Notes: generated by a model from the sequence alone, not told the origin. 61,252 nt of DNA from Nemertoderma westbladi (GCA_032718475.1 JAUCBJ010007574.1:1-61252), one strand, 5' to 3'; shown: positions 1-13,887, counted from the stretch's first letter. Made by a program: numbers and translations.

Positions 1-622
1 ATTAGTTGATTAGCGTGGGTGGTTTGGTTAGTTGGTTAGGTGTGTGATGTTGCAGGTTATGATGCTGTTGGTGTTGGATAGGAGTCTTTAGTGGTATTAC
101 GCAGTGGTACCGCCATACTATCATGAAGCTATTATTTGTCAGATTGAGGCCCATGTTAGCAGGGAGAGGTAGGTAGGGTACACCATATCTTAGCCAAGCC
201 TTATGTATATTTATCCACCCCCCCCCCCCCCCCCCCCCCCCCTCCTCCTCCTCCAATCACAGGCATTGCTTGCGCTTACGTCCTGATCCATTAGCTGAAC
301 AGCCTATAAGAGTATCTAAGCTGTGGAACCAGCCTGCTCACAGAGCAGTATTGCCATATTATTATATATATAGCCGTCTCTCGTTGGGCGTTGTCCCTCA
401 CAACACAACCCACCATCACTGGCAACTCGGTAAGTGGGCAGGCAGAGATATAAGATTAACTTCTGAACTGCATATAATACGATACTGAATTCATGTTATT
501 TCACAGTTATTAGCCTACCCTACAGTAATTATTTTCATTGATTTGGTTAATTTTTCACCGGTAGGCTTTCAGAACTTAACGGTACTTTCTGACCTATCAA
601 TTTCTATTGTCAAACTTAGTAA

Positions 623-772
<150 letters not shown>

Positions 773-1696
773 TCCTTTAGACTTGGCAATCTATGTAACT
801 CCGTCCGTCCGTACCTTCGACATGTAATTTTCTTACTTACAACTTTATGTACGCGGTACTTAAAGAAAGTCTTATTAGCCAGTTAATTTGGATGATATTG
901 GTTTATAGGCGTTGTTTTATCAGCTTTGTTCATTCTTACAGTCTGCATACCGATATTTTTACTCTCCCAACCCTTCAGTCGGCCTATACCTGTATACACC
1001 TTGAGTGGAAAAAATCTGGATTTTTTTTAAATAAAAAACTTTTAGGTTTTCTGCCTAGGTTTTTTAAAAAAAACCTTAAGTCATGTGATGCTCTTATTTC
1101 CGAGTAAGCGTGATAAGATGGAGACCTGCTAGGCTAATAGATCGTTTTTATTTGGCCTGGGCTGGTGGGCAAAAATATCGGTAGGTAAACTGCGTTGGTA
1201 TACCGGTACTGGTATCACATTTGATCACATTACCACCCTTTTCGCGTTTTCGGTTTGGTTGATCATCACTGGGAAATAAATTATTTTGCTATTCTGTATA
1301 ATAAATCTATGCTGGGAAGGACACTTTAAGGATATCATCGGTTTTTATTATTGTGTTCCCATTGATAGAAAGCAAAACCCCTACAACAATTCCCTCGCGT
1401 TGCTAGGGGAATAGTGTTTTGTTGCAGATAAATAATAAAGTAATCTTGATCCATTCAGCTATTGTTCTCCTTTCCGGTTGTGATGCGCACACACATTTTT
1501 CAGATATTTTGAGTAGGTGGTAATAATGATCAAATGTGAATTAATTGCTCTTTGTGCTGATTCTTATATGTTTGCGGTGGTTGTATTTTATGTTATACTA
1601 GATTGAACATGTTGTTATAAATTAATTATTTATATAATAGTACGTCTACTCAAACATTTCTTTCAGTTTTACACTATAACTCCCCTGCTCCCTGGT

Positions 1697-1930
1697 GGGT
1701 GAGTACAAAACAAAGACCCAAGACTTTACTGCCTGTTCTGTACAAAACAAAGAGGTAAAGTCGCGTTAGGTCACAAAAAACGTTAGGTCCCATTGCCATT
1801 TAAAGGAGCAGGTTAGTAAAGAAGCAGGTTACAGAGGCGTGTTGGGGGAACCAAAACAATAAACGAAAGTTAATACAAGCTACAAGATTATTCAGATCTT
1901 TATAATTGGGTCTTTGTTTTGTACTCACCC
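1697..1930. mobile_element. MITE, Mutator-like (10-bp TSD), copy 1
   Basis: TIR GGGTGAGTACAAAACAAAGACCCAA...TTGGGTCTTTGTTTTGTACTCACCC flanked by the direct repeat GCTCCCTGGT (1687-1696 and 1931-1940). Confidence 0.9.
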
Positions 1931-3105
1931 GCTCCCTGGTCACTCATCTTGACCCCGCATTTCTATCACAGTTGCCATTTGTCCTAATTTTGCGCAGAAA
2001 TGATAATCATTGAGTAACTACAGTACTACAGTACATGAAAAAAGTCTTTGCGCATCCCGCATCAAGACTCGAGCTGCCAATTTTGCATATTTTCAAAAAG
2101 TGTGCTATTTCCTATTTCCTCAATTTTTCATTAAATTTGTCTAAAATTCGATGGGATGTTTAAAAAATTTTAGTAGGGAGATTACGACTTACACTTCGCG
2201 CAGCACGTGAAAAACTGTGTTCTTATTTATTTTATATAATAATTAGGCATTCTTTCTGAAAGTCATGTAAATTGTATTGCAACACACTGTATATAGAATA
2301 TACATACCAGAATACAATGCTCAGGGAAAATGGGATGTTTCACCACAACCTACTTATAGCACATCAGCATTTCATATTTCCACCACTGCGTTATTTTAAC
2401 GCGTCGCGCTTTATCCAAATTTTTCGTTATTAGACTTTGCAAATATTTAACATACGTAGTTGTGACTGCAATTCAGTACCGGGGCGATATAACTAGGTTG
2501 TTTAAGTGGCAAATGTTCCTTATGGTATCTTTAATTCTATATTTAAAAACATTAAAATTTATACAGGCCACAGGCGTCCAGACGACGCTCAATATTCACC
2601 CCACATCCACCTATAACAATACATTATAGGCTGAATAATGTAATATTTAGCGTTTTATTGGTGCTTAAGTGGGGTTGGGAGGGGGTTGCGACCCCAAATA
2701 CAACGTTTTCATTGTGATGTTTTCATCCTAAAATTAAATCGTCTGGAGAGTTTAGGTGGCCAATCCAATTTTTTTCCAAAAAGGCTACAAAATATCAGTT
2801 CAATTTTGGTAAATCGGTTCTAATCATGGTTGCATTGAATGCCATCGAGCACTTTTTACAATTGAAATCGAGCTATTTTGTACACAAAATGACCCCCGTT
2901 TTGGGGGTCATTTCTCTCTAAAATTGCTTCAAAGCATTTTTAGCCAGAATTAGCCTTTGAGACAACCATATTTTGAATACCTGTTCCAAATTTCAACTGA
3001 TTTAATCAAGAATTGTTCGGGAAGACTTCTTCGTGTAAAAAAATGCATTATGAGAGTATAGGTATAAAATTTAAGGAAAAATTCAAGCTTTCCCGCTATT
3101 TTAGG

Positions 3106-3277
3106 CAATACAGTACCTAGATCAGTACAATACAGTACCTAGATCAGTACAATACAGTACCTAGATCAGTACAATACAGTACCTAGATCAGTACAATACA
3201 GTACCTAGATCAGTACAATACAGTACCTAGATCAGTACAATACAGTACCTAGATCAGTACAATACAGTACCTAGATC
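3106..3277. repeat. 22-bp minisatellite, about 7.8 identical copies
   Basis: Unit CAATACAGTACCTAGATCAGTA repeated perfectly. Confidence 0.95.
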
Positions 3278-5316
3278 TTCACTATTTCGTTGTTAGACAT
3301 TAGGCATACCTAAAAAATAAAAATCAATGTAATTGAACGAAATTTGTCATCATTTCTAGAAATACAGAAAACCTACTGCAATAAAACAAGCTTTTAACAA
3401 TATTTTCATTACCTTCGGATGCTTTCTGATTTCCTCATTCAATTCTAAAATATTGATCTGCTCGAAGCCTTGTAACATACAGACTAGCTCCACCTTTTAA
3501 CCAATAATTCGAGTTTGCGAAACGATATGAGAAATATATTTGTTGAAATCTCCTTAAATTCGGCACAGCAATGGAATCTCTGCGTCCTTTTCAAAAGAAA
3601 TTCATCAAACTCTTAAGACTTCGACGGTGAACACTAAAGCTGCTGTCGTCCTTAAGTAGGTTTTCTCAGGTAAGGCTTGAGGAGCGATGGAATTTATGGT
3701 CAGTTTTATTTAATCTTATTTTGAAACATCTTATTTAGTTTGGAATATGTTTACCACAAGGTAGACACTTGCCTTAACAGTGTGTAGAAAGTCGGAATGA
3801 AAAGTCGTCTCCATTGGATTACTATGAAGGCATTGGTACACGGGTCGAACTGCTGCGTTCAGGAGAGTTTGTCGAAATAGTTCGATCACATTTCGCTTCT
3901 TGGTAGTAGTACCCGAGAACATACCGGTACCACATTATTTAATTAAATAAGTTCAATTAAAAAACATATGGTTGGTTATCTATCAATTACAGGAAAATGG
4001 TTTTAGTAGTGCGGTAAAGTAGTATTGTATGATGGTTGTACATCACGGAGACGGAAAAGCAATTTCAAATTTAATAGCATTGTAAATAATTAAAAGTACT
4101 CTTCTACGTTATAGTTGCAATGTACTAAAAACATCAAGTTGCAGCTAATACCATGGGCAATGTTTATGAGATTTTGGAATTATCGTGGCTTTATTCACGT
4201 TCATCAATTGACGTTGTTCGTATAACAGACCACTTGGATAAGAACACTTTAAAGTGTTACCGGTGCTTTATAGGTATATAGGCTTTATAGGATTTCCACA
4301 ATCAACAATCACTTTACTTGACTTTTACCGGTACTTGACATACATCCTGAGAGGCGTTTTAAAATCCGAGCATCAGCGGGGATTGTATTAGAGACGATGA
4401 GATGGAATCTTATCGCGACTTGGGTTACCTAATTTTATTTTATTTCGTAATAATTGCGCTCCCACGCCGGGCAATTGGTCGTAATCACATGTTTAAATAT
4501 AAATAGTCATAAATAAATAGAAGCTTAACAAAGGGGGGGGGGGGGGGGGGGGGGGTGGGTAGCGCCCCCCTATTTTGTTCACAAAAAACTTTATTTATCC
4601 TATCATGTGCCGAATTTAATGGACATTTCAAATCTGCAAACAGCTTTCTCATATCTTTTCTCAAACTCAAGTTATTACCCAAAACGTAAGAGCTAGTCTG
4701 ATTTTTGACAAGCCTTCGAGCAGCACTATATTTTACAATTCAATAAGCAATTTTCATAAAAAAGGCTCTCGCGGTTTAGTTATGAATAAAATTGCTAAAA
4801 GTGGTTTTATTAGTTTTATTTTTAGCAAAGATGAAATATTTCGTAGAATTTCATTCATTTTTGACAAAGTAATTGTTGAACAATGAAAAATGGCATTATC
4901 TAAAAGTAGCGGGAAGGTTTGAATTGTACTTTCATAAACTTTAAACACCTGTATCTCACTCAGAAAGACGTTTTTTAATGAAAAAGGCTATTTAGCAGCC
5001 AATTTTAACTGAAATGAGTTAAATTGTTGTTTATATTTTATTATATATTATTGAAACCGTTGAAGTTGGAAATGCCCTGGAGCCTTTTTATATCAAAAAG
5101 GCCAAGAAAACCTTTTTGGGCCTTTTTGTTCTAAAAAGGCTACAGAGCATTTGATGCAAAATTTGTTCAGAAGAATTGGATGCAGGGTTCTTCTGAACTT
5201 ATATTCTAAATTTCGACAAATATTAGTAGAGAAATAGCCCTTGGCGCAAGAAAGCACTTTTGGCCATTACGGAGTTTTTTAGAGTCAGTGAATCGAGACA
5301 CAATCGTAATATAGAT

Positions 5317-5533
5317 GGGTGAGTACAAAACAAAGACCCAAGACCATCTGTATACAAAACAAAGAGGTAAAGTCACGTTAGGTCCCAAAGAGTGTTAGGT
5401 CCCATTGCATTTTAAAGGAGTAGTAGGTTAGAAAAGGAGCAGGTTACATAGGCCTGTTGGGGGAACCAAAACATTAAGCGAAAGTTAACACATGTGTTTT
5501 GTACAGGTCTGAGTCTTGGTTTTGTACTCACCC
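5317..5533. mobile_element. MITE, Mutator-like (10-bp TSD), copy 2 of the 1697-1930 family
   Basis: Same GGGTGAGTACAAAAC termini and internal sequence; TSD TAATATAGAT (5307-5316 and 5534-5543). Confidence 0.9.
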
Positions 5534-6577
5534 TAATATAGATCCCAGTTGTAGCAAGTTAAATAATATAACTATCTCGGTTATTATTTAATTACAACAG
5601 CACAAGGAAATAATAAATTAGCTAAACCAAAGATGGTATTTGAGGAACTAGAAGTTGTGGATGGATCAACGTACTGAGCAAAGTCCTACGATCGGTTTAC
5701 ACGTGGCAACATTTTGGGCAACTTGGTGTAACCCGCTTAAAAATTGTTCGGCTAGAATTCTAGAAACAATTGAGTAAGGGATACCTTGAATCGGGCGATG
5801 GTGTGTTTTTTGTTAAATCGCGAAAAATTGCAGAACAAACAGGTATTATTTAGCGCGTATAAAGGAAATTTAGGCCCCTATATAATCTACTAACAAGGAA
5901 CACGTAACATAATATTATGCGGGCTAAAAATGGTTTTTTATGCCTTCAAATACACAATTTATCACTAATATTCTCAAACGTGGTTTATTTCTTGCAAAAG
6001 CGAAGTTTCTTACACTAAATTAATTAATTTCGAAAAGTTTTTTTGCAACTCATATTTAGAGTAAATAAAGTATCTATTACGACGGCATAATGTGTATGGA
6101 TATACAAATTAAATATAGGACAACGTCCTGAAACGGATTGGCCCACGCACTTACCAGCCAGAGCCTCAAAAATAAAGAATCCGAACTGTCCAGCCTGGAA
6201 ATCGCTTTAATGTCGGTGTCATTCTGCACCCTCTTTTTTTTAACATAACATATTTATTTCTTGCCTATTGCTCCCATCACTAATTTTAACTATAATTATG
6301 TTGATTTCCAGTATTTTTGAAATAATGTAATACCTTTTGAATATCCCTTCAGACGTTCATGATGGATGGAGGGAGGGGGGGGGGGGGGGGGGGGGAACTC
6401 TAGTTCCCTTGGAACCTTCCTAGTTGGGGGGAACTGTATGGGGATTTACAAGGCTATAACGGAGTAGACCCAGACCTACATCTTAAACAACCAGCCATTC
6501 GATTCAAAGCCACGAAATCGATATTGTATTTTCATTTCCAACAAATAAAATTGATTGCAAATGAACTCTGTCAGTAT

Positions 6578-6787
6578 GGGTCAGTAAAACGCGGATCCGG
6601 ATTCTACATTTAACATTGTCCCTACGGAAGTCGATTTTTTTTACATTTTTATAACTCCCAAAAATAAAACTATAAACTGTTCTATTGACTTTAGTTTATT
6701 GTTTTGGTTAAAATAACGTGCCACTGTAACCTGCTCCTTTCCCTTAATTGATAATTTTGGAATCCGGATCCGCGTTTTACACCTACA
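6578..6787. mobile_element. MITE related to the Mutator-like family
   Basis: Inverted repeat TAAAACGCGGATCCGGATTC...GAATCCGGATCCGCGTTTTA; near-identical 10-bp flanks CTGTCAGTAT/CTATCAGTAT; internal GTTTATTGTTTTGGTT...TGTAACCTGCT shared (reverse complement) with copy 1. Confidence 0.7.
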
Positions 6788-6943
6788 CTATCAGTATGTA
6801 TTTGAATGTATAAAAAAATAATTAAAATTTAATGAAATGGAATTGCGTTGAAGAAATGCAACTGCAATAAATTATATTTTTAATATGATTTTGTTCAAAA
6901 ATTGAGGAAGCCCGTAACCAGGGCTCAGGGCAGGGGTTGAAAC

Positions 6944-6989
6944 AGCGCGATACGCGCGTTTCTGACAATTCGTCTTTATCAGAAGCGCT
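6944..6989 (-). ncRNA. Degenerate minimal type-I hammerhead ribozyme-like motif (Penelope/retrozyme type)
   Basis: Minus strand reads agcgctt-CTGATAA-a-GAC gaatt GTC-a-GAAAC GCGC GTA-tcgcgct: core CUGANGA with G8>A, short helix II, palindromic helix III and a GUA cleavage triplet; helix I is imperfect next to the core. Confidence 0.45.
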
Positions 6990-7110
6990 AACCAGATCCC
7001 TGACACATGCCTTGCTGGTAGGACTAGCATATGCAAATTAAAACTGCCTGCTCAATGGAAGTCGACTAAATAGGAAAGCAAGTGTCATGGAAAAATGGCT
7101 GAACTGGTTA

Positions 7111-7158
7111 GTGCTACTAATGAGGCCTGATAGGCCAAAACGCGGATGGCGGTGGCAC
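7111..7158 (+). ncRNA. Degenerate hammerhead ribozyme-like motif
   Basis: GTGCTA-CTAATGA-GGCC tgata GGCC-AAAAC...TGGCAC: helix I (GTGCTA/TGGCAC) and helix II pair, but two core G residues are A and there is no clean NUH triplet. Confidence 0.4.
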
Positions 7159-7299
7159 AACCACCCAGTGATGTGCTTCCACATTTTTACCACTTTTGAA
7201 CAAAATCATATAGAAATTGCATAAATTTATGCATATTAATTACTTTTCATAATTAATTGTATTTGATTACTCAATAAGGGCGGTCACAAAGGTTAAGAT

Positions 7300-7800
7300 A
7301 TTGGATACACCGCAGAAGTAGCAGATATCCGCTAAATACAGTCACAGACACCGCCTTTGCGGATGTTATCGCCCTGCTCTCTAATACGCTAGCAGATGCA
7401 CAGCATCTACTGAATAAAGTGGAGAGGGCTGCTAAGGAGGTTGGATTGCATATAAATGCTACTAAGACCAAATACATGCCTATTAATGTTAAGGGAAAGG
7501 AAACTTGACCACAACTACAAGACAAACGCCGAGCTTTATGGTACAATACCACCTTTATCAAACACTCCACGTGAACCCAGTCTACGATTCAGTGGTCACT
7601 GCTGCGGAGAAGTAAAGACGAGGTCATACCAGATCTACTTCTCTGGCAACCAACTCATGGGAAGCATAGTCGTGGACGACCAGCCATAACATATATAGAT
7701 CAACTTGAAAGGGATACTGAACTTAGGAGAAACGAAATTGGGACAACTATGGAGAATCGGGAAGCCTGAAAGGATCTCATTTCCACTGTCCGAGTTCGGT
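7300..7800 (+). pseudogene. RTE-clade non-LTR retrotransposon reverse-transcriptase 3' fragment
   Basis: Translates RRSSRYPLNTVTDTAFADVIALLSNTLADAQHLLNKVERAAKEVGLHINATKTKYM (FADD>FADV), then after an internal deletion TNAELYGTIPPLS...LRFSGHC, typical of the RTE RT C-terminus. Confidence 0.85.
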
Positions 7801-8077
7801 CTACTTATAGTGCATAGTAGCAGTAATAACAAAAAACACACCCATCACTCATGTTTCGTTGTGTAGCGATTGTTTCGCAAACGAACCCTATTCCATAGGT
7901 CGCCCATAAAAGTACTAAATGTTAAGCCGTAAAATAAACATTTTGCTTCACCTCTTGCAGAATAGCTTAATATAATTTGATCAAATTGCCAATGCTATTT
8001 TTATAAGGCTTTGCCATTCTTCACACGTTGTGTTCGTCCCCACTCACATGTTGTACAAAAGCTAAAATTATTGCGGG

Positions 8078-9486
8078 TCATAGCTCTCGATGCCTTTCGG
8101 AATCAAGACCAATGTCTGATGTTCTTAAATCGATAGGGGTTCCCTTCACCACAGTGTGTTTGCGAAAATCAGCAAGTTCCACACTCGATTCGAGTACATG
8201 CTTCACTTCTTCGTCCAAAGCGAGCCATTCTTCAACCTGACGAACTGCTCGGTTGAGCTTGGGTTCTTTAGTCTTAGGGTTATTACACAAATCAATTACC
8301 TTAGCATTAGCTTTTTCCGTCTCAGAACACCAAGTCTCGCACCAGAGCCACTCTTGGGGCAGCGACTTGATGCCGACCTGGTGGATCATGTTGTTCGGAA
8401 GATCCTGATCGAGGTTAGCCAACGAGTTTGGGTCCTGACTGAGACCCTGATACTGCCCGCGGAGACGGTCGCCAGCAGCAACCAACCGGAAGCGAGCCAA
8501 GTCCACTACGTACAGCGCAGATATATGATACTTCCGGTGACCCAAATGACTTCTCCAGTAGCCCTTCTTCCAGAACATAAAGTTCTCCATGTCAGGCCGG
8601 GAGTCGCAGAATGGAGTATATCCGTAGGGGTTACCGTTCAACGGAAGATCCCGTAGTTCCGTTAGATCAGCTCGAACGATCGCGTCAGCGTCAACAAAGA
8701 TTACCTTTTTAACGCTCAATGGGAAAAGGACATCGAAGAAAAGGATCTTATATCCCCAAATAACCCGTTGTTTATCCCGCTGTGCGAACAACCACTGAGG
8801 CCACTTGTACTGCACAAATTCGTAGGTGAAACCGTAAGAATTAGCCATTGAAGCAATAGTGGCCTTAAATGTAGGAGAAAGAAAATTCTTCAAGAACCAG
8901 AATTTAACCGGGGTCTTGGTGTTCTTTAACACAGACAGTACCATAATGCGCATGAAACGCTCATAGAGATGGCCACTGGCTACGGAGAATATATTTATAA
9001 CGTCGTCATCATCGGCTAAAACAGCAGCAGTCTCAGTCCCCTTGGGGGTTCCGGTGAATGTCGACGTTATAGAATCCCAGATCCCGCCAGAGCGTTCCTC
9101 CACCGGGTCTCTGTCGTCACTAAGAAGCTCTTCCTCCAGTTTCCCTGGCTTCTTTTCAACGAGGATTCGAACGAGATTCTTCGCGAAGGAATCAACAACG
9201 ACGAGTATGTCCGACGGGTGGTCGTACAACTGGTCCGAGGAGCCCGAGTGACTCTTCACGGAGTAGATGTCGGCGGAGCGGCCACCCCGTAGTCGCAGGA
9301 GAAAGGCGCCCGGCTGGGCCTTGAGTTGGAAGTAGCCGAGGTTGGCCATCACTATTGTGTCGTGTCGCAAGGGGTCGGCAGGGGGTCCCAGTGTGAACTG
9401 GAGACCACGTGTTGGGTGTCCCGTCCGGGAATCGTGACAATGTCCTTCTACAAGAACGTACTCCAACTCATACGTAGCCTGGATTC
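8078..9486 (-). CDS. UGGT: UDP-glucose:glycoprotein glucosyltransferase, exon 4 (GT24 catalytic domain, C-terminal HREL)
   Basis: Motifs INIFSVASGHLYERF, IFVDAD (DxD), NSLANLDQDLPN, WLWCETWC, IDLCNNPKTKEPKL; ER-retrieval signal HREL; acceptor ttttccAG at 9487-9488, phase 1. Confidence 0.97.
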
Positions 9487-10164
9487 CTGGAAAATAAATG
9501 TTTGTTAGTGATAGTAATTTACACTTAACGATTGTTATAAATATTTGTATTCGTGTCCGTTATATAAAATTAATACAAAAATAAAAACTCGTAACGGGTA
9601 AGAAATAAACTAAAATTCAGTAAATATTACCACAAATCTATAATAAAGTATATAATAATTCTGCATTATGATATTGTACGAAAAAAAATGTATACGAAAA
9701 TGAAAGTACAAGATATATACCGTAATAATTGAATTAAATTGGTAAAGTTACATAAAGATAGAATAGTATTTAAATATACGAGACACTAATATAAAAAAAA
9801 CATGTACGATTAAAATATATACATATTAATATAATATTAGATTCATATACATTTTCTGTGGCAAATAGATCATTTATAAATATTAGGGATGTGAACACTC
9901 AACACTGAACTTCCCGATGTAATTAACCTCACTCACCCGGGGATATAGTATACATATCGAGGTCATAAGGGATATAAGCTGATAAAGCTACTGAATTTTC
10001 ATGTATAATACGTAACTATATTCAAAGTGCTGGTTGTAGCTGTGTAGATAGATTGCTTACGTTGGCGCATAACGGAATTTTCTCGATCTGATAAAAGCGA
10101 GAGATCGTTTTAAAATCCCAGTCTGTTTTTCATCTGTTTTAGTTTTCCAATGTAAAAATTTTTT

Positions 10165-10760
10165 TTGGTTGGTGTTTCCGAATCTGAAATCAGTATTTCG
10201 ATAACTTGTTTCGTTCTAGACCTAGAGTTATGACAACATTTGTAATTTTCACCCAAAATTTGTAATTTTCGTGCAGCACCACATTTTACACCCAAAAAGA
10301 CCACCAAACACCCAAAAAATTTCGCAATATTTTGCCATTTTCAGAATCAGCACGGAAGATAACCCTATACGTAATGCGTATCAAAACCATACAGGAAGAT
10401 CATTTTTGAAAAAAATTTGAAAAGTATTGTTCACTTTTGGTGCGTTTGGTTAGTTGTAGTCAGAGGGAAATTTGATATCGTTTTTCTCGAGTTGGCTTTT
10501 TGGGACACTTTCTCTATATTTACTTTTTCATTCAGAAAATTGCAAAATATTTCGAAATTTTTTGGTGTTTGATGGTCTTTTTTAATGTCAAAAGTGGTGC
10601 TGCATTTTTAAATTTTGGATGAAAATTACAAGTGTTGCCATAACTCGAGTACGAAACTACTCAAATCAAAAACTAATTTCAGATCCGGAATTACCATAAA
10701 ATTTAACAACGGAATACTCTTTAAAAAAAATAAAAAAATATTGGGCGTAACCCGACTAGC
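10165..10760. mobile_element. Foldback/non-autonomous DNA element with long imperfect inverted arms (UGGT intron 3)
   Basis: About 10170-10350 is the reverse complement of about 10530-10700 (e.g. GTGCAGCACCAC...AAAAAGACCACCAAACAC vs GTGTTTGATGGTCTTTTT...GTGGTGCTGCA); ends in a small hairpin plus CTAG reminiscent of a Helitron 3' end. Confidence 0.65.
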
Positions 10761-11197
10761 TAAATGAGTACGGTACGATACTACGGTACCTGGAGTTTCC
10801 TCTGGGGAGTATATATAGTTCTGTGGGGACCGCACGGGAAATAAGTCGTCAGACTATCGTGTAATCCCTGGCGTAGCGGCCGAAGAAAACTTTACTTTTA
10901 TTTAAGAACACAAGTGATACAACTCAATCACTGAGCTCGACCTCGTGCGCTACTAAGTAAGGTTAACAAAACACTACCGATACTAAAAAAAACACTACCG
11001 GTACTTCTCTTTAAACTACACCCTTTAGTCATACCAACCCAACGCCGTCCAGGAGTGATTCAATTAATACCGTTAAACATGATAGAACATACGTACGAAG
11101 TCACCCAGCCATTTACGAAATCTCAGGTAGACATAGACCAGCCGCCCACATTCCGTACATTTCTATTTCCACCAAATAAAATAAAAAATAATCGTAC

Positions 11198-12916
11198 CTT
11201 TAGGGTCAGTGACGTCACGAAGTCTTATGTTATCCAGATCGTAGGGAGTGCGAGAAAGAGAGACCATCCAGGACTCTGGGGTCTCCAGTGTCATCGTCAA
11301 CAACGACTTCTCTGGGAGGCCAACAAACCGAGCAGACGGACCAGCTGAAGCAGCACCGTCGTCACGGAAACGTAACTCCGACTCCAACACGTAGCGGTAG
11401 AAGGTCTTTAACGGAATCTCCGACCATTTCTCGGCGGGGTTGAGAACGAGAATGATGTCGATGTTAATCACGTCATGGAGAGCCTCGAGGATGGGAACAA
11501 CCCTCTGGGCGTCCCGGGACAGCGGGTCCAATACCAGGACCACATCGTGAGCCGGAGATGCGGCATCGCGTCGGGGGATAGGGATCGCGGCGGGGATCAA
11601 CTCCCGGGAGAAGCGGACGGACTCCCGGAGGTCGGCGCGTTGGTGACGGGATAGCAACGCGCACGCCGCCATAACGGCGTCGCTGCGGGCGGCGGGGTCC
11701 GCTAACGAGGGTAGACCCGCGAGGGACTCCGACACCGCGCCGCCACACGAACCCAGCGAGAGCTTCTCCAATAGCATAAAATCTTGAGTGAGGAATGGCC
11801 GCAACAGGGGACCCAACTTCCAGCCGTTAACCACAACAGCCGACTCGCCTGGGTTCAACCCCATAACAGTGGAAGAAAAGTCCATATGCAGCTGGAATGC
11901 AGCGGATAATTCCAAACTCGACAACATTTCGACAACAGAATCTTTACTTATTGCACTGGGTAGGATGTCAAACAGCTGTTTACTCTGTGAATGAATCTCC
12001 AGTAGATTATCTTCGTTCATAAGTTTCTGTATAGCGATTCTCGACGCGCTCTGTCCCGCAACTCCACCAGTTTTTACTCTCAGCAAACTCTCGCAGACGG
12101 CAGCTACACTGCTAATCCCCCGAGGGACCACACCAGCTCCGGGGTTGTGGATTACAGCAAGCCGCGCCATCCGCGACGACTTTATATGAGCGAGCGCGGC
12201 GGCTAGCACAGCGCGGCCCTCCGCCGCGTCCAGGTCTGCGACCACCCACAAGGTGACGGGTCGCACTGCGTCCGCTCCCTTGGCGAGGTACCGCAGACTC
12301 GACCGCAGTGCGGCATGCTGCTGCCCCTCCCCCAGGTACTCCCGTGTCCCGCGCAGGATCACCTCGTTGAGTCGGGGCACCACATTGTTCTGCTCCATCA
12401 GGTGATCCAACAGGTTGGTTGAGTCAGTGACGTCGCCAGCCACCACCCACTGCTGCCACGAGTTGGTAGAGGTAAACACACTTCCTACTATTGACTGTTC
12501 TAGAAGGTCAGAATTCCCCAATGTTTCTGCCTCCACTGGAACTCCATTAAATAGAACTTGAGGAGTGGATTCCAATCCCGAAGTAGCAATGAATTCCGCA
12601 GCTGACTCCAACTCGGGCCATTGTGAACCGTCAATGTCTCCAAGATCGTCGCTGTATTGAGTAGCAAACGTAGTTTCCAAAAATGTAGCATCGGAGTGGA
12701 CAGATTTAAGAATGCGATGGAGTTTATGTAAAGCTGGCAATCCGCCCTTTTCGCGATACTCTTTCATTACGATTCGGGGAATACCGATAGATGGATCTAC
12801 GGTTGCTTGTACGCTAGCTCCGCTGTTACTGTCGCTTGTTGCTAGAACTATTCCTAATCGTATTGGAATGTTGTTGTTGGCTAGAGACATCATAAAGTCC
12901 ACTAATTCGTAAGCCC
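11198..12916 (-). CDS. UGGT: UGGT exon 3 (thioredoxin-like and beta-sandwich domains)
   Basis: Acceptor ttattcAG (12917-12918), donor GTACG (11197); PIRLGIV, PVTLWVVAD, SEIPLKTFYRYVL, PESWMV, YDLDNIRL motifs; phases join exons 2 and 4 in frame. Confidence 0.95.
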
Positions 12917-13582
12917 CTGAATAAAATTAGATTATGATTATTTTATGGCCATCATCAATTTTATTGTTAAAAGAAAGGAACACAAAACAAAAAAACGTTG
13001 TAGCAAGTTTGTATTGATTAGTGTGTTCAAATTGGATTACAATTGCAAATAATGGGATCCCGCAGAATAAAAACAACAAAGATGCATATCATAATTATTG
13101 TGTCTGAGTCTCGCAGTTAGAATGGTGAACGGATATTGACAATGATTTCATCCTTAAATGGAAGCTAATTGAGTATCAGTTTCATCTCGGGGGTGGGGGC
13201 TGGCAATAAGTCGTCATAATGTGCTTAATTTAATAACTGACATAACGGCCCAAGAAAACTCACTGTTTTGGCTTTTACTTAACAATTTATATCCATGTAA
13301 AGGATCCAATAATTCACTATCTATTAATTGACCTCAATATCATTTCGTTCACATATTGAATGATTATATTCACATAACACCAATATTTCTGTGAAATAAA
13401 GTGACATGAAATCAAACTAAAACAGCTACAACTGTAGGCTGTTTATGACCGTTTAATCGAGTAAAAAAAGTTCTTGAATCTTGAAAAAAAATAACATCCA
13501 ACTCTTGAATTATTGTAACAATGATGAACCTATTACTTAGGAAAATGAACGCCAGGGCAATCCCCTTGAAATGCATTGGTTA

Positions 13583-13760
13583 TAGGTTCAGCCCCACCCG
13601 GGTCCACTCAGCCTTTCATCCCATGGGGTGGACAAATTGAGGACCAGTTTAATTACTGGGTGCAAAACAAGGGATAGGGGTAGCGCCAATCGGGTAGCAA
13701 CCTACAACCTACCGAGAGAGGAGCCTTCGAGTCGCCTCCGGTTTCGGCCGATTGCTTTTG
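13583..13760 (+). mobile_element. SINE fragment with Nin/Deu-type conserved central domain (UGGT intron 2)
   Basis: GGTCCACTCAGCCTTTCATCC...AAATTGAGGACCAG resembles the recalled Nin/Deu SINE core consensus. Confidence 0.65.
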
Positions 13761-13887
13761 CTTAGGTCTAATGATAATTGATAATCATGATATGTATAAT
13801 GGTGTGGGTGGACAATGTTATAAAATAAAATTAAAAAATTAAGGCAAATTGAAAATAAAGCCAGTTGAAAACTAAGCGATAAATTAC

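Noticed and set aside
216-253. Poly-C/poly-G tracts (also near 4533, 6375, 41895, 55655, 56945) as functional G-quadruplexes or Gly/Pro ORFs
   Set aside because: Simple homopolymers of uncertain length with no supporting context.
3106-3277. CRISPR-like repeats (also 57159-57352)
   Set aside because: Head-to-tail repeats with no unique spacers.
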